DNA of 38,815 nt, taken from Octopus bimaculoides. Taxonomy: Eukaryota. The stretch lies in assembly GCF_001194135.2 (NCBI RefSeq), contig NC_068999.1, positions 23,300,754-23,339,568 on the forward strand. The letters run 5' to 3'. Shown one piece after another: positions 19,449 to 32,788 of this stretch. Made by a program: the position numbers and the translations under genes. Numbering within the stretch: the stretch's first letter is position 1; each line of letters opens with the position of its first letter. Under the pieces are notes generated by a model, which worked only from the letters and a program-made list of their open reading frames with translations, was not told where the DNA came from and ran no database searches.

Positions 19449-22400
19449 TGTTCTTTTTTGTTTTTTTGTTGGGGGATTTTTTTTTTCTGTTTATTTTGGT
19501 GCAACACTTACTTTCATTTTTTTGTTTAAATTTTTCCTAAGGGATTTTCCCTTTTTTTTTATTTGAATTTTTTTTTCTTGGTCATTCACCGCAAGCTAAA
19601 TCAGGGAAAATGGCTAACAACGGTCAATGAATACATTGCTGTTAGCCAAATAGAAGAATATATACCAGCTGCCTACCAGCCATGATGTCGTGACTGAAGA
19701 CACTCTTTGTCTTTCCATAAACTTTTTATCATCCTCCACTAACTGTGGCAACTATTTTGTAATGAAATTGTCAAAAGTGACTCATTGCCTTTGTCAAAAT
19801 CTCTCTCCACAAGTCTCTAAAGAGAATTTGGCAACAGCTGGTGCACCAGCAATAAATGTGTTTCTTTTTGACTGAACTTGCTGTAAACTCGAACTTGTAT
19901 ATCAGAACATTATATAGACAGATGCTTATTTTTCTACACTTTCAAACACAATTCTTGTTCAAAATTGTCTTTATTTTATTCAAACTTCAGAACCATTTCT
20001 AAAATAAAGAAAACAAAACAAAAAAATTTGATATTTCACTCAAAAATATTAAACATATTTTCATATTTTTCATTTTGCTTATATTTTGGTTTTTAATTTC
20101 TTTTTAGAATTATATTTCTAACCAAAGCATTCCATTCAGAGGTTATTAGGTTTTATGCCATCTTGATTTTAAATTTTTTGTAGCTTCATATACAATCTTT
20201 TGTTTATCCAAACCAACAATATTTGTTTATTAAGCTTTTTGGCTACTTTTATCTTTTGACAACTTAACTTGTTCTCTTCTGTTCTGTTATATTCAGATCC
20301 AAGTGAATTGTTGTTTATAGGATTCTTTTAGAGTCTTAAACTTATGGTAATCTGTTGATGTCAGATCCGTCCTGTGCTTATTCTAGCCATGTGATTTAAT
20401 TTATCTAATCATACTACTAGACAGTAGCAGTGAAGAGTAAGCTTCAACATAAAGTTCTTATTATTACTGTTATAGGTTTAATTTTGAAGCTATGCTTTGT
20501 TTTATAAACAGAATTGCTGTATTCCTTTGGAAATATACTGCTGTAAGTAGCAGATTATTTTCGACTTATTTTTAGAGTTTTTCCTTCAGTTCAGTCAGTA
20601 CACTGAGAAGGTACACTGTATTTTCTATGATTTTTAGAGTTACAGTTGAATGAGTTTCAATTAAAATATTTTGTTATTTGAGTCTGTTGGTAAATGTTTA
20701 TTTTAATCAAGATTGTAAGAAAAATGACTAAAGACATTTCTTAAGATAGATTAACTTAAAGCTTTTTTTAATCTTTATGGAATTGGTAGTTTAAACAATG
20801 GTCCTTCCCACTAAGATATAAGTGAGGATGGATGTTTTCTTCTCTTAACAAAATAAGCAGCTGCTTATTTTAGGTGGAAACCATCTAAATGTAGTATCTC
20901 CGGAAACGTTTGGTTTAAGCAAGTCATGTTATTGCAAAAGATCAGAGTTGTGTGTTTGTTATCTTAACTGAGGTCTTTTACATTTTGGTGGTTAACAGAA
21001 GATCAAGAAGAGAACAGTAATAGGCCAAAGACTGTTTAAAAAGCAGGTTAACATGGATGAACTTGTAGTTTATGCTTCATGTGTTGGAGTTGTCATTCCT
21101 GGATCTGATATATGCCTTAGATTCTTGGACGTTATAGATTCATTATTTATTTTAGGGGGTAGAATTTAGATCAAACGAACATTTAAAGAAGGATATGGGA
21201 ACAATAATGGTTTAAAATTTATAACAACAAAATCTATGTCAACATACAAAAAGTACTTATTTTTTACTTCGACACATTGAAGTTCCTCACTGATATAGTT
21301 GGTGTTTACATCTGTTATATAATCTTGTGTTAGATATTGTTGATGATGAAACAATCTTAAGCCTTATCCCTTTGTTTATCATATCTTTGTTGTTCTTGTT
21401 CATTCTATTTCCTCTCATCTAAATCTAAAGACGTTAAGTTGCCAAAAGTCTAAGTTGTTTAAATTTAGTCAAAATCATCATCATCATCATCTTCATTGTT
21501 TTCATCATCATCATCACCACCTCCACCACAATGCTAGTGATAGCTGGAGAAATATTGGATTTGTGGATTTGGATTCATAAGTTCATATTCTACTGTTAGC
21601 ACTCTGATGTGTCCCTTTAGAAGCCACCTTGGATTTTACAATGACATGACCCCTAATTAAACAAATTATTATTAATTACACACATAAAAAAAAAAAGTAG
21701 CCACAATATCTTGCTTTAATTTTTTTTTATTTTCTTTTGCTATTATTTGCCAATTGTTTATTATGTTATCTGCCATTCTTGCTTTTTTTTTTTCTTTTGA
21801 AATATAAAATATCAAGAATAAAAGAAACACATGATAAAGAAACTATTTTTCTAAACCCTTCAATTTTTTTTTTATTCATGAATGAAATTCATTGATTGAA
21901 CATGTCTTGTTTTCTGTGTTTGTAAATTCTTCTGTTGTCTGGTCACATAACTTCTGTTGACTGTAGATTTGTTTTTGTTGACTCTTGTTATTTTGCTGTT
22001 GGTTAAATTGAATCAGCTCTACTTAAGCTGACCTATAGCATGGCCATAAGAGATCAACTGAAGCATTTGGTTACTATTTACAGCTGTGCTCATCCTATTG
22101 CAACCATGTTGTCCTAATATTTAGGACTTAAACCATATTTTATCAACACCTGGAAGTTTATTGAAAGAATCTCAATTAAACAATGAAAATGTTGATCAAG
22201 TACATAGAATTTCAGTTATTAGTTCATCCTTCATTAACTCATCCATATTTGATATAAGTGACCAGTTGATTAGTTTCTCTCAGTGTGGTAATAATATCTT
22301 GTTTGTGTCAGTCAATGTAGTACGGTTGTGTAGCCATGATATCAGGTTAAATTTGTTTGTGAACCTAGTTGTGTGAGCCATTTTGATGTGAATATGAAAA

Positions 22401-23981
22401 CAATGTTTCCATTTGCTGTGAGTTTGTTTTATTTGTGTAACTGATTTTGTTTTGAGTTATCTACTTCTCATTGAAAATATTTCTTCCCTGCCTTTAGTCT
22501 GATTCTTCAAACTTTTATTTAGGACTTCATTCATTAGATAGTTTAAAACAAACTCATAAATCTATGACTAAATGCAGTTCATTCCTCGTAATAAAAGTCA
22601 ATGCTATTGTCCCAAATTATTTTCTTTCTGCTCACACATTTGTCAATATAATCATCATCATCATCATCATCATCAATTTCAGCAATGCTGTTGCTTTCAT
22701 TTCCACACAGTGGTACATTTCATTTAAGAAGAATTCCTCTAAGATAACTTGGACTTTAGCCAGAAACATTAAAGTGAGATTAAAACAGAACCCCATTTTC
22801 CATTTTATTTATGCATTTAATTTTTGTTTCCCTACTTCATTCATTAATACTAAACTTTATATTAAGTGACCTATCATGGAATGGTATTAAAAAAAAAAAA
22901 AAAAAAACGTTTTGTGTCATTTTAACAAGGGAGCCAACTGTATCTTTGTTCATAGAGAATGAATGTCTTTGTAATGTTGATGAAATTCATGTAATTCACC
23001 TCTTGTTAATCTTTCCTTTTTCAGAAAACCTGTAGCTAATTACTTGTTGAAAAATAATCTCCTTATCATGTATTTTAAATCTTCTGTAAATAAATATTTT
23101 CATGGTTAGAGATTTTTCTCTTTTACACACAAGTGCTAGCATGTATTGGGTCAATTTAAAAAATGTTGACATCAGCTTGTTCTCGGAACATATGTATTCT
23201 GTTTAGATAGCTATTTTATCAAGGATTTAATACTTTATCTATGTACCTGAACAGCACACTACCACCCACATATAAATTCATTTATCAGACATTTCCATCT
23301 TAATGTAAATCAGTTTTTTAAATTTGTATATATTTATGCACTGTTAAAGGAAATTACTTATGACTGCTAGACTCTGATCACTAACTACTTAAAATAGGTA
23401 GCACCTATGTTACATTAATCTGAAATTGAGACAAATGAAGCAATGTGTTGTGCTTAGGAATATAATGCCTACTTATGTAGTTGTTTCAAATCACTTCAAG
23501 ATCTTCAGGACTTAACATAATATACACTGATAAAGTCTGCAGAGTATGAAATATATACACACACACACACACACACACAAACGTGCACATATTTTCATTT
23601 TTTGCATTCATTTTATCATGCTAGCCGGCGGGGATTTTACAGCTGAAAGCCCTTCCTGTTGCTAACCCTTACTTGCTTTACAAGTAAGGATCCTCTTATT
23701 TCACACATCTTCAAAAGCACAAAGACTAGTAGGTGGTTTGTTGACAGGAGAAACAACATCACTGTCATAGCTTAAAGTCTCTCAGAGAAGTGCAAATGTA
23801 AACACACACACACACAGGTATTTTATAAACTTTTGAGAGAATGTGAAATAATTCTTTTTTTGGAATCTTGAGGCTCACACAAAGCAATAGCATGTTATTA
23901 TTAGGTTGAAAAATTCTTTTGGACAGAAAAAGCCAAAGGTACAATAGTAGAACATCTGTCATACATACAGGAGATTTGTAT

Positions 23982-24000
23982 ATCACGTATGTGTGTGTGC

Positions 24001-24041
<41 letters not shown>

Positions 24042-24794
24042 ATGTGTGTATATAATATGTATATCACGTATGTGTGTGCGCATATATATCATCATCATCA
24101 TCATCGTTTAACGTCCGCTTTCCATGCTAGCATGGGTTGGACGATTTGACTGACGACTGGTGAAACCGGATGGCAACACCAGGCTCCAATCTAATTTGGC
24201 AGAGTTTCTACAGCTGGATGCCCTTCCTAACGCCAACCACTCAGAGAGTGTAGTGGGTGCTTTTACGTGTCACCCGCNNNNNNNNNNNNNNNNNNNNNNN
24301 NNNNNNNNNNNNNNNNNNNNNNNNNNNNNNNNNNNNNNNNNNNNNNNNNNNNNNNNNNNNNNNNNNNNNNNNNNNNNNNNNNNNNNNNCACGCTCAAAAT
24401 GGTGCATCTCATGTGCCACCCGCACAAGAGCCAGTCCAGGGGCACTGGCAACGATCTTACTTGGCTTGCCGGGTCTTCTCACGCACAGCACATTTCCAAA
24501 GGTCTCGGTCAGTAGTCATCGCCTCGGTGAGGCCCAATGTACGAAGGTCTTGCCTCACCACCTCAGCCCAGGTCTTCCTGGGCCTACCTCTTCCACGGGT
24601 TCCCTCAACTGTTAGGGTGTGGCACTTTTTCACGCAGCTATCCTCAGCCATTCTCACCACATGTCCATACCAGCGCAATCGTCTCACGTATGTGTGTATA
24701 TAATATGTATATCACGTATGTGTGTGTGCATTTATATATATATATATCACGTATGTGTGTATATAATATGTATATCACGTATGTGTGTGTGTGC

Positions 24795-24876
<82 letters not shown>
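23982..24876. repeat. Compound TCACGTATGTGTG-based minisatellite and (AT)n tract, interrupted by the RTE insertion
   Basis: Alternating units TCACGTATGTGTGTATATAATATGTATA and TCACGTATGTGTGTG..CATTTATATA occur on both sides of the RTE. Confidence 0.8.
24089..24683 (-). mobile_element. 5'-truncated RTE LINE (ORF C-terminus, 3' UTR and (GAT)n tail)
   Basis: RRLRWYGHVVRM...EGTRGRGRPRKTW.EVVRQDL..LGL...DRDLWK, then stop, UTR and tail. There is an N-gap at 24278-24388. Confidence 0.92.
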
Positions 24877-24879
<3 letters not shown>

Positions 24880-24880
24880 T

Positions 24881-25250
24881 CTGTTTCAGTCATTACTCTG
24901 CAGGCATGCTGGGGCACCAATTTGAAAGGTTTTAGTCAAATTGATACCAGTACTTTTTTTTAAAGTCTGTTACTTATTTTGTTGGTCACATTTTGCGAAA
25001 CCACTAAGTTATGCAGATGAAAACGAACCAACACCGGTTGTGAAGTGATGGTGGTGGGGACAAACAAATGCACACACAGAGAAACACACAAACACACATG
25101 ATGGGCTTTTTTCAGTTTTCATCTTATAAATCCACTCACTAGGTGTTGGTCAGCTCAGGGTAATTGTAGTGGACACTTGCCCAAGATGTCACAGTATGAC
25201 TGAACCCAGAACTATGTGGTTGTGAAGCAAACTTCTTACCACACAGCCAC
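24881..25250 (-). mobile_element. SINE family A, near full length
   Basis: Colinear with 15820-16230. Confidence 0.75.
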
Positions 25251-25344
25251 ATAAATATATATACATATACACATGTACATACACATACACAATATCTTAG
25301 ATACAAACTTATGTATATGTGTGTGTGTGTATATATATATATAT

Positions 25345-25391
<47 letters not shown>

Positions 25392-25779
25392 CACATAAAC
25401 ATACATTTACTAAGATATATGCACACATATTTACACATGTATACATAAGCATAAGATGACACAGGAAACATATGCAGACAACATACCTGTACATATATGC
25501 AGGCTGGGCTGGTAATGAAAGTAGGCAGAGAAGCATATTGTGCAAGTCTTTAATAGAGGTGGTGGTGGTGAATGTGAAGGAGAAAAGGAGTGGAAAAATA
25601 CAGAAATAAAAACCACTATTTCCTCTTTAAAATATTCTGAATGACTTTTACTCAAACACTTGAATATTTCTACATTTGAAAGACTTAAATCAACACTTCA
25701 AGAATGGGAGTGAAATACAGACAGGATAATAATAATATTAACAAAATAATATGTACCTGTAACAAAGCATATCTCTCAC

Positions 25780-27156
25780 TCCCGTGTAAGCCCTTCAAGG
25801 ATCATCCAATATAGGTCATTGCATATGTTACCCTGTATTGTATTCAGGGGTAAGGTTTTAATGTTTTCAGCCTCTCCTGGTAACTTCCTGTTGTACTGAG
25901 GTGATCGACTTCATGATGTGTCATTGGATTTCTGCTAGGCCTGCTGTTAGTTTTAATACTATTTGGTTACTATAGTAATGAACAGTAATTTAGGTAGTTA
26001 GAGACAAATGTTCTCCCTCAAAGCAGCACAGTTTCCTGTTTTTCTCTCATGTGAATTTCAGGATCTACCCTACTATTACTATATACTCCATTGTCATCTT
26101 GGTAAAATGTACATCAAAAGATGCATCATATCTGCCCTGAGGTCACACACACAGAGCAACTCTGGAACTGCTATCCCTCCAAATCTTGTGTATCTCACTT
26201 GCCGAATGTTTGTGGACTGATATCAAAGATCTTGTAATTTTCCAGTGATTAATCATATGTTATTGTCTTCAGCCCACTTGTAGATTGTATTAAGGTCATG
26301 TTGTTATTTATTGTCTGTTATAGTTTGATATCATCAGCGTAGCTAGTGAGGGTGCCTGTTTGTTTAACTGAGTGCATATCTTATAGAGCCTTCACAAACA
26401 ACCAAGTCTCCAAGGCAGTTCCTTGTGACACTCCACTCAAGATCAGTGTCCCATTTGAGAGAACACCATTGGCTGCAACCCTTTAACTTCTATCTCTAAA
26501 CAAGTCATGCAGCTATTCTGATTTCTCCACTAAGCTGAGATCATGCCATTTGCAACACATGATCCTTGATTGACTTCATAGAAAACCTTCCCAGAGTCAA
26601 AAGTATTTCAGCACTCAGTCATATTGCTGTAGAGGCTTAGTAAGATGGCATCTTTCAGGTTCAAGCCTTTAGCATTCAGATTATTCTGTAAAATGTAATG
26701 CTTATCTATTCACATTGTTTTCAATTAATCATGCATTAACTTGTAGCTTTGAGATTTTGATGACGTGATTGTTATATATTTAGAATGTCATTGTAGAGTA
26801 AGTGTGAGAGGCTGGTTTGAACATAAAACAGGCAGAATATTTGGGCCAGATATGGCCAGTTTGAATAGTAAAGGGTTAAAGCCATGCTGAGTGTTACTTA
26901 GCAAATCATTTTAAGAATGTAATTAGTTCTCTTCTTATAATTCATTCTATGACATTGCTGATATATAATGTCAGAAGGATAGGACTGTAATTACTAGCAT
27001 CTGATCTGCTTCCACATTTTTGAACAAGGAATATTATACCTATCTTTGACTTTTGGTGGGATTTCCAACTTATCAAGAAATCTGCATGAGTGGTTGAGGT
27101 GGGATAAAAAGGAGAGCTACAGAGGAGAGGGATAAGGTGTGTAATCCTCGCACACA
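25780..27156 (-). mobile_element. Degenerate CR1/L2/Jockey-group LINE reverse transcriptase, interrupted by a MITE
   Basis: GSRSDASNYSPILLT (about 27030-26970), SGVSQGTAL (about 26435) and TSYADDIKL (YADD at 26341-26330) occur in the correct order, with several stops. Confidence 0.75.
26665..26875. mobile_element. About 210-bp TTAA MITE, same family as 2244-2464, opposite orientation
   Basis: GCCTTTAGCATTC ... GAATAGTAAAGGG|TTAA. The internal AGAATATTTGGGCCAGATATGGCCAGTTT matches the reverse complement of about 2255-2290. Confidence 0.65.
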
Positions 27157-27158
27157 TA

Positions 27159-28802
27159 CAGTGCCTTGCAAAAGTCTACACCCCCTTTGAAAATTTATAA
27201 ATTTTCTATAATTTAACAGGGAACAACACATTTTTTCAATTCCATTGATTGTTAAATAATAAGCAGATTCATCACACTTTCTTTTGATATAAAAATTACA
27301 TTTTAAAAATTTCACACTGATTCTTAAAAATCATATAACATAGAAAAATGTCTTTGTAAAAGTCTACACCCCATCAGATATTATACTGTGTTTTCAGGTA
27401 GTTTGTCATCGATGTATACAATCCAAAACAATCAAAAGTGACATGTGCGTTCTACCATAACAAACAAACTTGGCCAGTCTATTATTTTGCTATACAAGGT
27501 GATTTAACTGCCTACAAAATCATTCACCACATGGTTTTCTGGTATGTTGGTCTTTGGACTCTGACTGTAAACACAAGGTGTCCAACTCAGGAAAGAAAAT
27601 GGGCAAGTCTCTGGAACTTAAAACCTTATTATTCAAAAGTACAATGAAAATAATGGCTATAAAAAGATTGCAAAAACTTTAGAATTGCCCCTAAGCACTG
27701 TTAAAACTGTAGTTAAGAAGTGGTTAGTGCACAAAACCACTGCCACCCTACCAAGATCTGGGAGACCGAGCAAACTTACCAGAAGAGCAAAGTCAAAACT
27801 GGTCCAGGAGGCAACCTCCAATCCGAGTGCAACACTGGAAGACTACTGGGACAGATGTCCATGCATCTACAATTTCCAGAGTATTACACTGGTCTGGTCT
27901 GCAAGGGAGGGTAGCTAGAAAAAAGCCCCTTCTGAATCCTATACACAAGCAAGCTAGGCTAAACTGTGCTAAAAGTCACATTAATGATTCCATGACCATG
28001 TGGCAAAAGATTTTGTGGTCAGATGATACCAAAGTTGAGTTATTTGGAAAAAATACGAAATGCTACATTTGGCAAAAAAAGGCACTGCTCACCAACCTTG
28101 TTACACCGTCTCCACTGTAAAGCATGGTGGTGGCTCGATCATGCTTTGGGGCTGTTTTTCAGCTGCAGGGCCTGGAGAGTTGGTAACCATCCAAGGTATC
28201 ATGGACAGTATCAAGTACCAAGAAATATTGGAGGCAAACCTGCTGAAGTCTGCTAGAGCTCTGCTCTTGGGTCGCAATTTCAAGTTTCAACAAGCATGTG
28301 TCAAAAAGCACTAAAGTTTGGTTTGCTTGCAAGAAAATCACAGTTTTGGAGTGGCCCAGCCAGTCTCCAGACCTCAATCCTATAGAAAATCTATGGCTAG
28401 ATCTAAAGCTGGTTGTGCACCGACATTCCCCATCCAATCTGACACAGCTTGAGAAGTTCTGCCATGAAGAATGGCAAAAACTGTCAGCAGACCATTGCAG
28501 CAAGCTTGTGGAAGGCTACCCGAGGCGTCTGCAGGCTGTAATTGACACAGCAGAATCATCCACAAAGTATTAGCTGAAGACATTCCAAAGGGGGTGTAGA
28601 CTTTTGAAAAGACATTTTTCAAAATTATCTTTGTTTAAGAATCAGTTTTAAATTTTTCAAATGTATTTTGTGTATTAAATAAAAGTGTGATAGATCTGCT
28701 TATTAAAACAAATTATTGGAGTTTAAAATATTAATTGTTTCTATCAAAATAAACAAAATACATCCAGTTTTCAAGTGGGGTGTAGACTTTTGCAAGGCAC
28801 TG
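27159..28802 (+). mobile_element. Full-length (1644 bp) inactivated Tc1-family transposon with about 215-bp IR/DR terminal repeats
   Basis: TA|CAGTGCCTTGCAAAAGTCTACACCCC ... GGGGTGTAGACTTTTGCAAGGCACTG. Inner DRs lie at about 27343-27373 and 28590-28620. The transposase at 27599-28573 has frameshifts and reads GRPSKL, WSDDTK, TVKHGGGSIMLWGCFS and WPSQSPDLNPIENLW. Confidence 0.96.
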
Positions 28803-30920
28803 AAGGTGGGAAAGTCCAAGTTAGAAAATATGTGAAGTGAATTTACATCCAAAAATGTGCAAGTTTTGAGAAGAAAGATGGTCTTCTGTTTCATCTGGAA
28901 GCAAGAGGTAGGAGATCCAAAAGGATAGGTATTTAGAGCTTTTTCTGTTCTGCATTCCACTATTAAAAATGAATTATTTTCATGTCTCCTGAAGTTTTTA
29001 AATTCTTATGACATAAATATTAATTATCTATATACATATACATATGTATAATATAAATGCATGTATACATACATATTACATGTTAGGAAGGGCATCCAGC
29101 CATAGAAACAATACCTCAGCAGACAGCTGGAGTTTGGACAGCTCCATATTAAACTGCCAACCTATACCAGCATGGAAAGCAAACATTAAACGATGATGAT
29201 ATATATGCATGTATACATGCATTCATACACACACACACACACATATATATATATACTTATATGCATACTATATACTTATGTGTATATTTATCTTGTGTAA
29301 TCAACCAGACTATTGGATGCTATACATCACTAGTCACAATGCACTTTGTATGACTTTTTGCATTTGATTGATGCCAACCCACTGGCTAAGGTCAACATTC
29401 TCCCTGTTGCTGGGTTACCCATTTACAGTTGTGTGGACTGGAGCAACATGAAATGAAGTGTTTTGCTCAAGAACACAATGCACAGTTGGTCTGGTAATTG
29501 AAACCATGATCTCACAGTTGTAAGTGTACATAGATATCCATGGCAATGTTTCACTAAAATATTAAATGCTTTCTCCAAGTACCTGTTTGGAACCAATTTG
29601 TCTTACCCTTTGATAATTATCCCTTCTGTCAGAAGATCACTTAAAATTCTGTAATAATTAGAAAAAAATAAAAGTGAACAACAAAATATCACCTTCGTCA
29701 CCAGTTAACATTCTCCTTCCATGCTGGCATTGGTTGGATGGTTTAACAGGAGCTGGCAAGCCAGAGAATTGTGCCAAGTTCCATTGTCTGTTTCAGCATG
29801 GTTTTTACAACTGGGTGCCCTTCCTATCACCAACCATTTTACAGAGTATACTGGGTGCTTTTTACATGACACCAACACTGGTAAGGTCTCTGAGTAACAT
29901 ACAACACAAAAATCCCTCGACTGAGAGGCAGAGTAATATCGAGGTAAGTGCAGCTTTGTGATGAGAGGTTGAAGTATGTAAGAGGCATAGAAACAGGTGT
30001 TTTTGCTGAAGAGGAGATTCATGGCTACCTCAGTCAGGAAAGGGAGAAGAGAGAAAGCAGGATGGTAGTGTAGATGTGTTGGAGTGTGTTGTGCTAATAT
30101 CCCAGATATTGCTGTTATCTATTTGAATGAACTCTAATCATTGATATCAATAAGTAATGACATAATAGTGATGTGTAGCCTTGAACCTCTCTGTCTTAGA
30201 TAAAATAATGCTTTATAAAAGTCACAAAGTTAGTTCATGAAAGGTGGAGGTGGATCTATGCCAGACTATTGTGTCACCTTGAGTCAATCAACCTTCACAC
30301 ATTTCCACAGAAAGATAAAATTTCTACCTTAGATTTTCAAAAAGACATTTTGTAAAAAAAAAAAAAAAAAAAAAATGAAAAGCGCAAAACTTAGAGCTAT
30401 AAAGTTGTTTGCATTAAGAAGAGAATTTAGCTATAAATAAATCCTGCCAAAAATGTATAACACAGAGAACATTGTAGCCCTCTTATCTAGGAAGATGGTA
30501 ATTTCAAATAAGGACTGACTTGGACCATCACTCTCTGTCCATCCTAGCCAGCATGGAAAATACAAATAAAATGATGATGATGATGATGATGACTGTGATC
30601 CAATTTAAATTAAGTTTGACACCATTGTTAGCATTTAAAACAATGAACTGGTTATGAACCAACAGTGAACTCTGAACTGTTATGAACAATTAACTATTGT
30701 TTGCATTTTGTCATGTTTTTCCTTAAAACAATTTGTATAAAATCTGTGACCCTGAAAGGTTAAGAGTGCACTGCACTCCTCTGAGTTTTGCACCTTTTGT
30801 GGTTAGCTAATTGGCCTAATGTCAGCATCTGGTTCTGGGGAGGGGGCATCTAATGCATTCATTTGACCCAGTGTTTCACTGATACTTACTGAATGGAAGG
30901 GCAGAATATTTTATGTTTTA

Positions 30921-31312
30921 TCTTCTACTTGTTTCAGTCATTAGACTGCGACCATGCTGGGACCCTACCTTGAAGAATTTTAGTCGAATGACTCGACTCC
31001 AGTACCATTTTTTAAAGTCGAGTACTTATTCTATAAATCTTTTTTGCCAAACCACTAAGTTACAGGGATGTAAACAAACCAGCACAAGTTGTCAAGCAAT
31101 GGTGGAGGACAAACACAGACACACAAAAACACATACACATAGATTTATATATATACACCAGGCTTCTTTCAGTTTCCATCTACCAAATTTGCTCACAAGG
31201 TATTGGCCAACCTGAGACTATCGTAAAGACACTCGCCCAAAGTGTAACACAATAAAACTTAATCCAGAACTATGTGGTTGGGAAGCAAACTTCTTACCAC
31301 ACAGCCATGCCT
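30921..31312 (-). mobile_element. SINE family A, near full length
   Basis: Colinear with 15820-16230. Confidence 0.75.
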
Positions 31313-32563
31313 GAACCTAAAAAGAGACCACTTCCTCCCTGGTGGCAATTGAACTCCAAACATAAAAGAAGATGAAGTTGATGTTCTACTATTTAGACCA
31401 ATTCACCATTAGAGATTATGACATTCTGAACTGTAAACCAATGTACACTCCTACATGGACCATCAGCATGTTAAAAACAACAGCCAAATCTCTCCACTTA
31501 TAACCAGTAAACAAGAAAGGAGAATGACACCTTCAATAATGTCATCTGAGATAAACTATGGGATGGTCGTAACCGGAATGACTTTTGATTAGAAGACATC
31601 TCAGCTAGGGCTCGCAAAGTTAAATAGCAACTACTTATTTTTTCTCAAAATATTAGTGACACGAAAACGATATAAATATAAATAATAATAATAATAATAA
31701 TAAAGCAGCCATGGCTAGGAATCAAAGCCAATTAATGGGTACTACTTCCTGGGAACATATCTTTTCTGTACTGTCTACCTCCTAGGCAGATACATGAAGG
31801 TCCAAGACCAAGAAATGAGAATTTGTGGTCTTTATGTATTTCTCAAGAGCATTAATGGAATAAGTGAAATGAAATAACTATAATCATAATTTAATCTGGC
31901 AATATCTGGCCCAAATATTCTACATGTTTTATGTTAAAGCAGACCAGATACAACTTCTCACACCTACCCTACAATGTGATCCTAAAAATATACCAAATGT
32001 GCCAAGCAAAGAATGGAAGATAACAAGCAGTTCATTTCGAAGAAGCTTTCAATAGTTACTTAATAAAAAAAATTAAAACGAAAGCTTAGTAGAAATGGCA
32101 CAGTGACAGTATATGAAGATGATGGTAGTTGTTGAGAAATTGAAAAGCATATTATCACTCCTCATGAAATTATGATTTATCTTATCAAATTTCTATTGTT
32201 AAGCATTAATCATTATTGATTTGTTTCATTTGTCAACGACTATTGAAAAGGTTGCAAGACGCAACGAAAATTTTAGAGAAAATAAATAACTAAATGAGTG
32301 GAAATCGAACCAGTGAGTGTGTTAAATAATAAGGCACTAAAAGATAATCACTCTGCCCAGACACAATAAAATTATTGATTTGATTCATCAGTAAATCTGA
32401 ACTGAATCCAAAGCTGAAGATTTCAAAAATTGAAAGGAAAGCACTTTTGTTTGTACATGTATTTGTCTTATTAAAGTGTGTATAATATACTGGGTGGGCC
32501 AAAAGTCTCGCACCAAAATATTTGACTTTTTTTTTATTACATCATCATCATCAACAACAACAA

Positions 32564-32725
32564 GGTGACGAGCTGGCAAAATCATAAGCACACTGGGCGA
32601 AATGCTTAGCGGTATTTTGTCTGCCACTACTGAGTTCAAATTCTACCAAGGTCGACTTTGCCTTTCATCCTTTCAGGGTCGATAAATTAAGTACCAGTGA
32701 AACACTGGTTCAATGTAATTTCAGG
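32564..32725 (+). mobile_element. SINE-like family D copy
   Basis: GAGCTGGCAAAATC...GAAATGCTTAGCGG...GAGTTCAAATTC (B-box-like)...GTCGACTTTGCCTTTCATCCTTTC.GGGTCGATAAATTAAGTACCAGT. Confidence 0.6.
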
Positions 32726-32746
32726 CCTTGTGCTTAAATGAGAAAT

Positions 32747-32747
32747 G

Positions 32748-32788
<41 letters not shown>

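Noticed and set aside
22050-22390. Protein-like - strand frame (LISWLHNRTT...DELMKDELITEIL) in the putative 3' UTR
   Set aside because: It has several stops and no recognisable family.
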